Shown: positions 55,222 through 64,000 of the stretch, one piece after another
How positions within the stretch are numbered: position 1 is the first letter of the stretch
Layout of the letters: every line of letters begins with the position of its first letter
Source of the DNA: a virus
Reading direction: 5' to 3' (one strand)
DNA length: 64,000 nucleotides
IMG/VR virus record: IMGVR_UViG_3300020411_003715
Coordinates: 32,001-96,000 of that record
The notes under the pieces: generated by a model
What the model was told of the DNA's origin: nothing
What the model saw: only the letters and a program-made list of their open reading frames with translations
Databases searched by the model: none
Position numbers and translations under genes: made by a program

Positions 55222-56805
55222 TTACCCATCCAGATCGACTAGCTCGATCTCACCCACGAAATTCTCGGGCTCGTAGTTCCCCGAGGCAAAACGTGAGATA
55301 ACCTCAAACGTATTGTCGGAGAACCCGCCGATATTGAGGATGTCCTCCCTATCGTGAGCCTGCGTAGATCCGTAGGGCTGGATGTCGATACAGACCAGCT
55401 TCGCGTTGGGGTTACGCGACTTATAGGTGTTCCACTCCTGCATCACAGAGGTACCGGCGTCGTTATACCAGTAGCTCCGCTCCTCACCCTCAGGCCTGAC
55501 CCAAGACTCGTTATCGCTAACGTACACCACAAGGTTACCCGTGTGGTTAGTCTCATTCAGATGCTGAAGAGCGAGTGCGCAGTATGTACCGCCACCACCG
55601 TAGTTGGCCAGCGTTTGAGCGTTCTCAAGAACACTCTCACTGTCCCACTTAACGGTGTGCACGCTCGTATCAAAAGGCACAACCGTACAACGGTCTCCAG
55701 CCTTATGATGGAACGCGGACGCCACGAGAGCGGCTACGTCAATGCAGCGAACCTTAGAGGATGCGCCTGGACGATCACCTGTAACAGACCATGACATCGA
55801 CCCCGAAACATCCGGGAGGATGGCCACACCACCATCTACGTCAGGGATGTTCGCAAGGGAACTATCCACTGCGCTCTCAAGCGCCTGACGGATGGGAGCA
55901 GGAACCTGCTCGTCGGCATTCATGTACGCAGCCAGTAGCTGGTACGGGAATACCCGTGCTTTGGCAATGATATCCTTATCGGAAAGTCGCTCAGCGACCA
56001 CATCAATAAGCTCCGGATGACTCTCGAACACTCCGTGTCTTTGTGCGGTGTTCAGGTTCATGCGGGTCATATGCCAGCCACCCTCCCGGATGATCGCCGC
56101 CCACTCCTCAGTCCCCAATTCCTTGGAGGTGAGAAGCTGGAAAGGGGCCCAAGACACACTGTTGAAAGAAACGTCTTCGCCGTTCTTCCATCGGATGTAG
56201 TCTCGAACCCGCATGGGCAGATGTTCCATGTCGTAGGGTTTGTCTATAAGATACGAGAACATAGCGTTCTGCGCAGGATTGACCGCCTTAGGGTGAACCA
56301 TCTTGATGATGTCCCCCAAGGAGGGCTTATTGCCAACACTGTCTCGAAGCAGTTGCTCGGGAGTTCTACCCGTAAGGTAGTTCCGAACAAGGCGACGAGG
56401 AGCATGGCCGAAAGACTTCCTACCAGTCACGCCGGAACGGATAGTCTGCGCGAAGTTTCGCAGCATCTTTCCGTTGTCGATGACCCGAGGGAAAACCTTC
56501 TTCAGGTTATCCAGGTCATGCTTGGCAAGCCAAGCGCATAGAACAGCAGGGACATCTTTCATGTATCCCTTCGTTCGGGCATAGACCGCAGCCTTTGCGA
56601 CGAACTCAGATTCAATCTGCGGAAGAACGTTGTCCATCAGGTTGGTCAGTTGCTCTTGCGCGCTGCTGTATGCAGCATTCGAGAATGTGCCAGTCATTGC
56701 GTACTGGGCAAGCTCATGCTTCGGGTCAAAGGCGTATGCCTCACCACCAGCGTTGTTTGTAGTGTTGACAGGTCGGGTGCTTGTTGTGAACAAGTCGGTA
56801 TTCAT
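55222..56805 (-). CDS. rsr: Ro60/TROVE ribonucleoprotein with C-terminal vWA
   Basis: NNAGGEAY..PKHELAQYAMTG..Y, A..AR..GYMKD, MLRN, LLRNLN-like MTRMNLN, SRVFPYQ-like ARVFPYQ, DVSGSM, GGGT, SDNESW, IGGFSD. Confidence 0.95.
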   Translation of the reverse strand: MNTDLFTTSTRPVNTTNNAGGEAYAFDPKHELAQYAMTGTFSNAAYSSAQEQLTNLMDNVLPQIESEFVAKAAVYARTKGYMKDVPAVLCAWLAKHDLDNLKKVFPRVIDNGKMLRNFAQTIRSGVTGRKSFGHAPRRLVRNYLTGRTPEQLLRDSVGNKPSLGDIIKMVHPKAVNPAQNAMFSYLIDKPYDMEHLPMRVRDYIRWKNGEDVSFNSVSWAPFQLLTSKELGTEEWAAIIREGGWHMTRMNLNTAQRHGVFESHPELIDVVAERLSDKDIIAKARVFPYQLLAAYMNADEQVPAPIRQALESAVDSSLANIPDVDGGVAILPDVSGSMSWSVTGDRPGASSKVRCIDVAALVASAFHHKAGDRCTVVPFDTSVHTVKWDSESVLENAQTLANYGGGGTYCALALQHLNETNHTGNLVVYVSDNESWVRPEGEERSYWYNDAGTSVMQEWNTYKSRNPNAKLVCIDIQPYGSTQAHDREDILNIGGFSDNTFEVISRFASGNYEPENFVGEIELVDLDG

Positions 56806-56845
56806 GAGAACCTCCTAAGGCCATGACAAAGAGTTGAGAGAGAAA

Positions 56846-57007
56846 TTTCCGACAAGGAGTTACTGAAGAAGTTAGTTGAGAGAGACAAGCTCTCTCGGTA
56901 AAGAGGAGAGTGCTCTCCTCAAACTCGGATAGTTTCTGTGTCCCAGAGGGATCAACTTACTATCGTCTGTTGCCTTCTTTGATGTATTCCTCAGTGGCAT
57001 TCGGAAA
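56846..57007 (-). ncRNA. Y-RNA-like gene 3 (long, multi-hairpin, 162 nt)
   Basis: TTTCCGA-ATGCC-ACTGAGGAA-TACAT ... TTCTTCAGT-AACTC-CTTG-TCGGAAA; internal hairpins. Confidence 0.75.
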
Positions 57008-57016
57008 AAAGAGAAA

Positions 57017-57081
57017 GCCCAACAAGGGTGTACACTAGAGATAATTAATCAGTGGTATGTACTCCAGCGCGGCATTTGGGC
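57017..57081 (-). ncRNA. Y-RNA-like gene 2 (65 nt)
   Basis: GCCCAA-ATGCC-GCGCTGGAG-TACAT ... CTCTAGTGT-ACACC-CTTG-TTGGGC. Confidence 0.75.
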
Positions 57082-57090
57082 AGAAAGGGC

Positions 57091-57152
57091 GGCTGACAAG
57101 GATGTGTAGCAGTTACTTTAGTTCGGTATGTAAACCGCTACGGCATTCAGCC
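57091..57152 (-). ncRNA. Y-RNA-like gene 1 (62 nt)
   Basis: GGCTGA-ATGCC-GTAGCGGTT-TACAT ... AACTGCTAC-ACATC-CTTG-TCAGCC. Confidence 0.75.
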
Positions 57153-57182
57153 AAAGTTAAAAACTCTACAAGAGAGAATCTC

Positions 57183-57268
57183 CCCCCCGAGGTGTAATGA
57201 TATACAGATTTATCTGTAGTACACAAGCGCGCATAGGCGCTCATTTATATCATTACCCCTCGGAGGGG
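57183..57268. other. Branched inverted-repeat element upstream of the Y-RNA cluster
   Basis: CCGAGG..GTAATGATATA / TATATCATTAC..CCTCGG enclosing two small hairpins. Confidence 0.55.
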
Positions 57269-57285
57269 AAGAGAGGCTCTCCGGG

Positions 57286-57606
57286 CTAGACCCAGCGACC
57301 CACGCTCGAAACGACATCGCTGTCGTTGAGCTTGTGGTCGAAGGCAGCATCCAAGTCGCCGAACTTGGAAGCCCAGAAGAGCCGAGACCCGCTATTGGTC
57401 ACGCACATCCAAATGGTGCGCTTGGTGACCCCGTCACCTTTCTGAATCTCGGTCCAGGAAAGGCCGGCGGAGACGACGTCGCAAGTGGCGTGCCACTCAC
57501 GTTCGTGAACTCCGAAGCGGATCCCCTGACCTTCGAGATGTTCAATGTCACGAAGGTCAAGAGCGCTGATGTTGCCAGCGCGGGCGATAAAGTTTGCGGT
57601 AGCCAT
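57286..57606 (-). CDS. Hypothetical protein
   Basis: AGGAGG SD; 106 aa. Confidence 0.65.
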   Translation of the reverse strand: MATANFIARAGNISALDLRDIEHLEGQGIRFGVHEREWHATCDVVSAGLSWTEIQKGDGVTKRTIWMCVTNSGSRLFWASKFGDLDAAFDHKLNDSDVVSSVGRWV

Positions 57607-57784
57607 AAGGCACCTCCTATAGGTTGTGGGTTATAAAAGCAGCATGATGAAATACATATGGACTCCATCACTATTCTTATCCCAATAAACACCCTCAGTT
57701 TTGCACCACGTATAGGGTAAAAACAGAGGGGGAAAATCCCCCCCTGCCTGCTGCTAAACCCACAAGCCCGTAGGCATGTGTAGG

Positions 57785-57946
57785 TTAGGAAGCTGACGTG
57801 GCCTCTGCGGCCTTTCGAGCCTGACGCTCGTTGAGCTTTACGTCGACTGCGTGAAGCACACGAGTAGTGGCCCAGAAAGAGGCAACGAAGCATGCGCAGT
57901 GAGTTGCGGTCTTTGCGAGTACGATAGCGAATTCCTTATTCATCAT
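57785..57946 (-). CDS. Small protein (53 aa) below the ORF-track cutoff
   Basis: AGGAGG SD, MMNKEFAIVLAK...EATSAS*; followed by a minus-strand terminator at about 57718-57746. Confidence 0.55.
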   Translation of the reverse strand: MMNKEFAIVLAKTATHCACFVASFWATTRVLHAVDVKLNERQARKAAEATSAS

Positions 57947-58095
57947 TCCCTCCTAGGGACAAGTTGTGTTTACGAAGCAATCCTAATGGATCCCTTCATT
58001 ATTCTTATGCCTAAAACAGAGGTCGTTTTTGCACTATTTTATGCCCAATTTATTATTAGCTAATAAACGCCCGAAGGCGCATAATGAGGTCTGAG

Positions 58096-58500
58096 CTAGT
58101 AGAGAGAGTCAGCGTCTGAAAATACAAACACTGTTTCCTCTTCATGGACGGATGCCCGCCCACGCTCAAACCCCAGCTTTGGTGCCAGCTCTCCTGCAAG
58201 GAGACTTAATACCTCACACGCTAGCCAGTTATCTGGCGACACGCAGATCGAATCATTAAGTATACGCACTCGCGTGCGACCAAATTGATCTTTGTCGAGG
58301 CTGCAATCCCCACTAGTATAATCCTGTAATACAGCGCGTGACACTAATCGAGCGGTGTAGTACAAGCGATAATGGATTGATACGCCTGCGTTCGGAAATA
58401 ATCGAACGAGTGGCCGCATCAAGAATACGGGGAGCAAGTATAAAATAAGCACCATAAGTACAATCGAAGCTAGAATTGCGGCTAGGACCGTTAGCATCAC
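58096..58500 (-). CDS. Membrane-anchored hypothetical protein
   Basis: N-terminal TM. Confidence 0.55.
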   Translation of the reverse strand: MMLTVLAAILASIVLMVLILYLLPVFLMRPLVRLFPNAGVSIHYRLYYTARLVSRAVLQDYTSGDCSLDKDQFGRTRVRILNDSICVSPDNWLACEVLSLLAGELAPKLGFERGRASVHEEETVFVFSDADSLY

Positions 58501-58726
58501 TCAATCTCTACGCGGAACTTTGAGTTCTTTGTCAACTCATCTACCCAAACCAACGCCAGTTGGCTTAGGACTTGTACCGCGACAGGTACGAGAACACTTG
58601 CTAAAAGCACTTTGCCTAGTTCTTTTCCATTCATGGAAGCCTCCTTCTATGTGAAACAGTTTGCGATGTACTGTGTACAAAGCGGGTCTAAGACGTTCAG
58701 ACCCATGATGCTTATACCAATCAAAT

Positions 58727-59116
58727 ATGAAATACTGCATAGCAGGAGGAAGCATGGCGATAGTCGTAGAAAACAGCAGGGTTCCAAAACTAGTGAGTTG
58801 GTTTTTTCCCGTGGCCGGGTTTACCTTTGGCCCCTTTATCTTCATTGATAAGAGCATCCAAAGAGGAACTCGACAGTTCGACACTTTGCTTAATCATGAG
58901 AAGATACATGTGGTGCAGCAGTACGAGCTTTTGTTCATTGGTCACTGGTTTCTGTATTTGCTGTTTACCCTTGTCGGCCTAATCAAGTACCGGAGCGTTC
59001 ACAAGGCATACCGCGAAAACGTGTTTGAGTTGGAGGCCTATAACAACCAAGATGACTTGCTATATTTACATAGGCGCAAGCTATACTCCTGGTTTAAGCT
59101 CATTTGGAAGAAGTAG
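58727..59116 (+). CDS. HExxH metallopeptidase-like small protein
   Basis: FTFGPFIF..LLNHEKIHVVQ..FELEAY. Confidence 0.7.
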   Translation: MKYCIAGGSMAIVVENSRVPKLVSWFFPVAGFTFGPFIFIDKSIQRGTRQFDTLLNHEKIHVVQQYELLFIGHWFLYLLFTLVGLIKYRSVHKAYRENVFELEAYNNQDDLLYLHRRKLYSWFKLIWKK

Positions 59117-59139
59117 TCCCATTGTGTTTGGAGTAACCC

Positions 59140-62100
59140 ATGCCAATTAGCTCAACCGACGTTAGCAATATAATCGGCGGACAGGTAGGGATGTTCAGCG
59201 CATCTGCGCAGTACGCCCAAGCCATATCATCTCAGTATGGGTTCGCCCCTTCCGGTGCCCCTTTCGGCCAAGACCCAAGAATGGCTGCCAATATCCAAAT
59301 GGGCGGCGCGATGGGGAGTGGTCTCGCCCGAGCACCCGGGATGGCTCTCGGCGGTATTGGGCTGATGAGTATGTTCGGGATGGCTCCCCGAATGTTTGAT
59401 CCCTTCACCTCTACAATACATGCGGGGGCAATGGGCATGCGTGCAGGAGGTGTAGGGGGAGCTATTGGTGCGGGTGGAATGGCGTTGGCAGGTTACGGTG
59501 CTTTAGCCGGAGCCGGTAGTTGGATGACAAACCAGATCGCAACTGGCGCTCAGAACAGAATGATGACAACGGGCGCTATCAACAATGTGTTCCCCGGCAT
59601 GGGCATGCAAGGGTTGAACATGATGGCGGGCCAAGTTGAAAGCATGTCTCGACAAGGCATGGGATCTATCCGCGAGCTTACAGGTGTGATGCAAGGCGGA
59701 GCCATGTCCGGTGCCTTGGACACAAGTACGCTTTCCCAGTTCTCCATGTCGTTTAGTAAGTTAGTCAATAACGTTCGTAACGTTGCGACGGCCCTAAATA
59801 CTTCCATGCAGCAAGCGCAACAGGCTATGCAGCAAGTGAAGTCCATCGGCATCAATTCAGATCAAGCGGCCGGCTTCCTTGGAACAGCCCGAGCATTCGG
59901 TGCAACAGCAGGAGTGTCCCCAGGCGCAATGATGAACTTTGCGGCGGGAGGAGCCTCCTTTGCAAGACAAGCCGGAATAGACCGAGCTGTTGGTGCTACG
60001 GGAGCTATTACACAGGCAGGGATATACGGGTTAGCGCAGAAACAAGGCATGGGCGGAATTTTGCCCGATTCCTACAGTAGACACATGCAAGGAGCATCTC
60101 GCTTCTTAATGGGAAGCCGAGGAAGAACAGTTTTAGGGGCAATGTTCGACCCCAATACTGGAGGGCTTGATCCACAGATGGCCCAACTCATGTCTGCGGG
60201 GGCCTTGACTAAGTCGGAGATACAGGCCGCATATAATAGGAATGTGACCGGCAACAGGGACATGTTCGGCGCACGTAGAGGAGAGTTGGCTGCATCATTC
60301 ATGTCTCAGTACGGGCCTCAAGCAGTTGGCGGGGCGCTAAACGCAATGACAGCCGGCTCGTCTAGACCGAGCATGCTTCAACAATCGCTTACTGGGCTCA
60401 CTCGAAGCGACATCCAAGGGCTCCAAACATTACGAGCTAATAGTGACGCACTATCAGGCCAGTTGATAAACGCTGCTCGTCAAGGGTTCAGAGAGGGACA
60501 GCAACAAATGTCCTTTGGCTCTGCCCTTGGTCAGCAGTGGGATAAGTTGATTAAGCCAATCAAAGATGAGTTCAGGCAGATTGGTGCGGGACTAACCAAG
60601 TCAATGATGGGCGCGTCCCAGCAAATGATGAGTGAGTTTGTTCGTCAGCCCAGCCTTCACGCTACCACTGGGCAGATGATGCAGCACATCTCTGCCACTC
60701 AGGGCGGCAACCGCGATTACATGTCTGCATGGAATGCCACCCAATCAAGACTTAATTACATTACCAACGCCGCGCCGAGTGATTCTTGGTCTGGGTACTT
60801 AGCAAGCAGATTGCCCTCGGGGTTCCGTCTCGGGAGGATGGCTCCGGGCACAACGCTTGATGAGCTACCCATGATGGGCTTTGGTACTGATAGCTATAGC
60901 CCTGGACAATCCCTGGCTCTTGGCGGGTTGGCTTTTGCTCCCGGCGGAAGAAACTACCTGGGCTGGGCAGGTCAGGGTATAAATCAATTAGGACGAGGAA
61001 TTGCTGCCCTTGGGGGCTCCCCGGCTTCTACTGGATTTATGGGTGCTGGTGGTATTGGCGGGCCGGGATCTTGGCTTCGCGGTGCTGGCAACTTGGTTCG
61101 CGGCGGTGGTTACGCTCTTAGGGGAATGGGTTTTCTCGGCAGGATCGCTGCACCAGCGCTCATTGCTGGTGACCTAATAACCAATGCGGCCCCAGCGGGA
61201 ATGAGGGCTTATGGTCAGACAGCCATATCCGAAGGAGCTATTACGGGTAATGAGCGCCGCCTCGCAATGTCATTAATCAACGCAGGAGTTATCGGGGAGG
61301 ACGGGTATTCCGATCTGCGCGTTGGAAGTATGGCGGGAGGAATCGGCAGCACCCCCGAGGGAATGACCCCATTAAGCGGTTTCGTGTCTGGACCATCAGG
61401 CGGACAAGGAGGGACGCAACGCTTCTTAACCAAGAAGGGCATGGAGGTATACGTTGGCGTCCAAGACGGGAGCAAAGAAAAAGAAGCGAGAAAGAAGCTT
61501 ATTAAGACCGATGGCGAAAGGGGCACTCCCGAGTCTGTGATTTCTTCTGTAAGGAGGATGATAAAGGACAATGAAAACTGGGAAGACATGCCTGCGTCCA
61601 AGCAGATAGGTGAGGTAACAAAACATATACAAAGCCTGGGGTATAAACGAATCACAACACAGGATGCGTTCTCTCTTGTTTCTGGCAAGGGCATCGTAAG
61701 CGATGAGATTCGTGCTTCAATGGAGCATGCCGATCCAAGCATTCTTCACGACAACGCGATAAAGCTCGCACGAGACACCCACCTTATCGGGGTGGGGTCC
61801 GACCTTGCGATGAGTACGGACGGAAAGCTTGACCACACAAAGTTTGGGGCGGAGCAGTTTACCGAGATGGCGGGAGCCTTTCAGAGGGCAGGCGGAAAAT
61901 GGATTAGCCTAGCGGGTATGCGGAGCAAGTTTGGTGACGACAAACAGCTTAACGAAATGGGCCTACTCCCACACAACTACCAAGATATGTCAGATGAAGA
62001 GAAGGCCATATTCATAGGAAATCGTGACCCGGCAGTGCTTGGCAACGTGTTCGCGGGCAGGTCGGACGCGTGGCAGGCTGTGGTTCGCGGAAGGGTAGCC

Positions 62101-63354
62101 AACAAAAGCAGAGCGGGAAGAATGGCCTGGGGCGTGGGATCGGCGGACAAGGATGATAACTTCAAATACGGCGTGGACAGCAAAAGGGGCCTCGGACGAA
62201 GCTGGGTAGCCGGTTTTGCGGCGACGTACTTTGATAACGGTGACAATATCGCAAGCCTAGCCGCCTTTAGGCGAAGGTACGCCCAGGCGGACGCGGATGG
62301 TAAAGCTGGAGTCTTGCGGGACTATGCGGCACAGCTTGGACACGACCCGACCTTTAGAAGAATGTCAGAGACAGGACAGGGCGGCCTCGGAGGTCCGGGA
62401 GCACTTTCAACAGCAAGGATGCTGTTAGCCGATGATGGCGAGTTTACTCTGGGTCAGGACCTCACCCAATCTTTTTACGCTAAAGATGTTCATGCCGTTA
62501 GGGAGGGATACCAGCGCCGCCGAAACGCTTTCAACGAATCCACAACGAGAGTGATAGGCGGAAACATCGCTATGCGCGCTTCCGGAGCGACAACGGCGGG
62601 ACTAGAGCATTACCAGGGGATCCAAAACATATGGGCACAGACGCCCACGGGTGATGGAACCAAGGGAACTATGGCTGCTCGGAGTCAGTTCATCAAGATG
62701 ATCCAGGCAAGAATGGAGGCGGGCTACTCAAACGCCACCGGTGCGCAGCACGCCGCAGCCGCAAAATATGGCGGCGCAATGACAATGCAAGATGCGCAAA
62801 GACTATATGCAGAGCTTATGGAGTCACCAGATGACGTCCATAGGGATATGGCCGCTGGTCTTGCGAACTTCATACAGACTCGACAGATGACGAGAAGCGC
62901 TGGCGGCGCAAGAAGAAGGGCCTCCCAAGTTCTTAGGAAGCTTGGCATCAAGGTAAGCGCTGAGGACAAGAGCTTCTTAAGAGGGAAGTCGGATGTTATG
63001 TCTGCGGCCCTTTCCGGAGAGATCATGAACATGGCTCAGCAGTCTCTCGAAGCACAGTTCGGTGCGAGTGGCTACACTACTGAGCAGATCAACGAGCGCC
63101 ATGCCGAACTTGTTACCGCCCTACGTAATAAGGGAGAAGGTGGGAAGTGGGACAGCTCCGACTGGGAGAACATTGTATCTAGTCAGGGTGGTATTCGTGG
63201 CGTTAGCCAAGGAACTGCCGGCGGGGGCCGAGGACAAGGACAACTTTCTAGCCTTGCCGATGACTTTGCCGCAGCACTTAGCACTGCGACCAGCGCCTTG
63301 AGAGGAAACAACATGACAAATCCGGATGGAACTCCGGGAAAGAGCCCCACATGA
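59140..63354 (+). CDS. Tape measure protein candidate
   Basis: 1404 aa, Gly/Ala/Met/Gln-rich helical protein with Gly-rich hydrophobic stretches, in a myovirus context. Confidence 0.6.
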   Translation: MPISSTDVSNIIGGQVGMFSASAQYAQAISSQYGFAPSGAPFGQDPRMAANIQMGGAMGSGLARAPGMALGGIGLMSMFGMAPRMFDPFTSTIHAGAMGMRAGGVGGAIGAGGMALAGYGALAGAGSWMTNQIATGAQNRMMTTGAINNVFPGMGMQGLNMMAGQVESMSRQGMGSIRELTGVMQGGAMSGALDTSTLSQFSMSFSKLVNNVRNVATALNTSMQQAQQAMQQVKSIGINSDQAAGFLGTARAFGATAGVSPGAMMNFAAGGASFARQAGIDRAVGATGAITQAGIYGLAQKQGMGGILPDSYSRHMQGASRFLMGSRGRTVLGAMFDPNTGGLDPQMAQLMSAGALTKSEIQAAYNRNVTGNRDMFGARRGELAASFMSQYGPQAVGGALNAMTAGSSRPSMLQQSLTGLTRSDIQGLQTLRANSDALSGQLINAARQGFREGQQQMSFGSALGQQWDKLIKPIKDEFRQIGAGLTKSMMGASQQMMSEFVRQPSLHATTGQMMQHISATQGGNRDYMSAWNATQSRLNYITNAAPSDSWSGYLASRLPSGFRLGRMAPGTTLDELPMMGFGTDSYSPGQSLALGGLAFAPGGRNYLGWAGQGINQLGRGIAALGGSPASTGFMGAGGIGGPGSWLRGAGNLVRGGGYALRGMGFLGRIAAPALIAGDLITNAAPAGMRAYGQTAISEGAITGNERRLAMSLINAGVIGEDGYSDLRVGSMAGGIGSTPEGMTPLSGFVSGPSGGQGGTQRFLTKKGMEVYVGVQDGSKEKEARKKLIKTDGERGTPESVISSVRRMIKDNENWEDMPASKQIGEVTKHIQSLGYKRITTQDAFSLVSGKGIVSDEIRASMEHADPSILHDNAIKLARDTHLIGVGSDLAMSTDGKLDHTKFGAEQFTEMAGAFQRAGGKWISLAGMRSKFGDDKQLNEMGLLPHNYQDMSDEEKAIFIGNRDPAVLGNVFAGRSDAWQAVVRGRVANKSRAGRMAWGVGSADKDDNFKYGVDSKRGLGRSWVAGFAATYFDNGDNIASLAAFRRRYAQADADGKAGVLRDYAAQLGHDPTFRRMSETGQGGLGGPGALSTARMLLADDGEFTLGQDLTQSFYAKDVHAVREGYQRRRNAFNESTTRVIGGNIAMRASGATTAGLEHYQGIQNIWAQTPTGDGTKGTMAARSQFIKMIQARMEAGYSNATGAQHAAAAKYGGAMTMQDAQRLYAELMESPDDVHRDMAAGLANFIQTRQMTRSAGGARRRASQVLRKLGIKVSAEDKSFLRGKSDVMSAALSGEIMNMAQQSLEAQFGASGYTTEQINERHAELVTALRNKGEGGKWDSSDWENIVSSQGGIRGVSQGTAGGGRGQGQLSSLADDFAAALSTATSALRGNNMTNPDGTPGKSPT

Positions 63355-63755
63355 GAGTAGATAAGAACACAGCGGGTATTATTATCGCCCTAATAACTTC
63401 AGTTGCTGGCTTAGGCACAGCGCTCATAAATCACTACTCCACCAACGAGGGTGCTGTAGTAGAGAGTGAGAAGAAGAACCGTAAGGGCTACAATGCCACC
63501 CGAAGATCTATTGTGAAGGTCGCAGAGGACGTGGACGCAAATGCAAAGCGTATCGATATGCTTGAGAACCACATCATACTTCAAGACCAAACCATCAGGG
63601 CTCTTCTCAGTGGAAGGGTGCTTACGTCTGATCCTCCTCCGGTTCCAAAAGACTTGACTGCTGATAGGAAGCGGCGGAAGAAACGACCATCTACAAGAAA
63701 ACGTGCTGAGCCACCGAGTTATGACGTGACACAGTCTCAGGGAGGCGGAAACTAA
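63351..63755 (+). CDS. N-terminal TM plus coiled-coil protein
   Basis: AGIIIALITSVAGLGTALI; ATGA overlap with the TMP stop. Confidence 0.65.
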   Translation: MRVDKNTAGIIIALITSVAGLGTALINHYSTNEGAVVESEKKNRKGYNATRRSIVKVAEDVDANAKRIDMLENHIILQDQTIRALLSGRVLTSDPPPVPKDLTADRKRRKKRPSTRKRAEPPSYDVTQSQGGGN

Positions 63756-64000
63756 TGAGTATGGACGTAAAGGAAAGAGGCTTCGGGGCATACTTCAGCA
63801 CCCTTGACGCGCTATTCAAGAGAATGGGGCGACAGTCCGATGAAGTAGAAGATCACATCCAGAGCGATGCTGATGGTCTGGCTGAGTACAGTAGCACGGG
63901 CCCGGGCTATAATGAGATTACGACATTCTACAAGTTTGATGCCGGTGGTCACCACGTCAGGTTCTTAAACCTTGTTTCTCCTGATATTCTCTTAGTTCAC
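63755..64000 (+). CDS. Hypothetical protein, 3'-truncated by the window edge
   Basis: TAATG coupling; the frame stays open to the end (MSMDVKERGFG...). Confidence 0.6.
   Translation, partial: MSMDVKERGFGAYFSTLDALFKRMGRQSDEVEDHIQSDADGLAEYSSTGPGYNEITTFYKFDAGGHHVRFLNLVSPDILLVH

Noticed and set aside
56846-57152. CRISPR array or simple tandem repeat
   Set aside because: Units share only short motifs and paired stems, with lengths of 62, 65 and 162 nt; there are no identical direct repeats and no cas genes.
562-63791. Many long antisense or alternative-frame ORFs (e.g. 562-1140, 1748-2434, 27590-28159, 33141-33713, 48204-48776, 56017-56541, 61215-61742)
   Set aside because: They are fully nested against well-supported genes, with no SD or recognisable motifs, and are treated as shadow ORFs.
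1-64000. Stop-codon reassignment as seen in some jumbo phages
   Set aside because: Conserved proteins (NrdJ, Ro60, AAA, sheath) are full length in code 11, TAG, TAA and TGA all act as stops, and there is no suppressor tRNA.

Overview
This window is a 64-kb segment of a large, contractile-tailed dsDNA phage (jumbo-myovirus-like, standard genetic code). The host is most likely a myxobacterium or related deltaproteobacterium, inferred from a MopE-repeat/vWA lipoprotein and a DUF5658 protein. It carries dispersed virion genes (long tail sheath, tube, tape-measure candidate, fibre-like protein, a probable -1 frameshifted tail chaperone), scattered lysis genes, a class II ribonucleotide reductase, RecA-like and ParB-like proteins, four tRNAs, a CCA-adding enzyme and Ro60. 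The strongest signals are: (1) a complete phage-encoded ubiquitin-like conjugation operon (Ubl-GG, E2, JAB, E1), in the same leftward gene block as a Ycf46-type AAA+/DUF1257/DUF2997/radical-SAM module; (2) two mirror-symmetric arrays of TGACA-N10-TGTCA boxes with identical spacing, bracketing an AT-rich orphan gene next to parB; (3) three Y-RNA-like genes of identical architecture directly upstream of Ro60; (4) an unannotated ~200-nt structured RNA inside the tRNA cluster. All assignments come from motifs and pairings read by eye; no database searches or folding programs were run.
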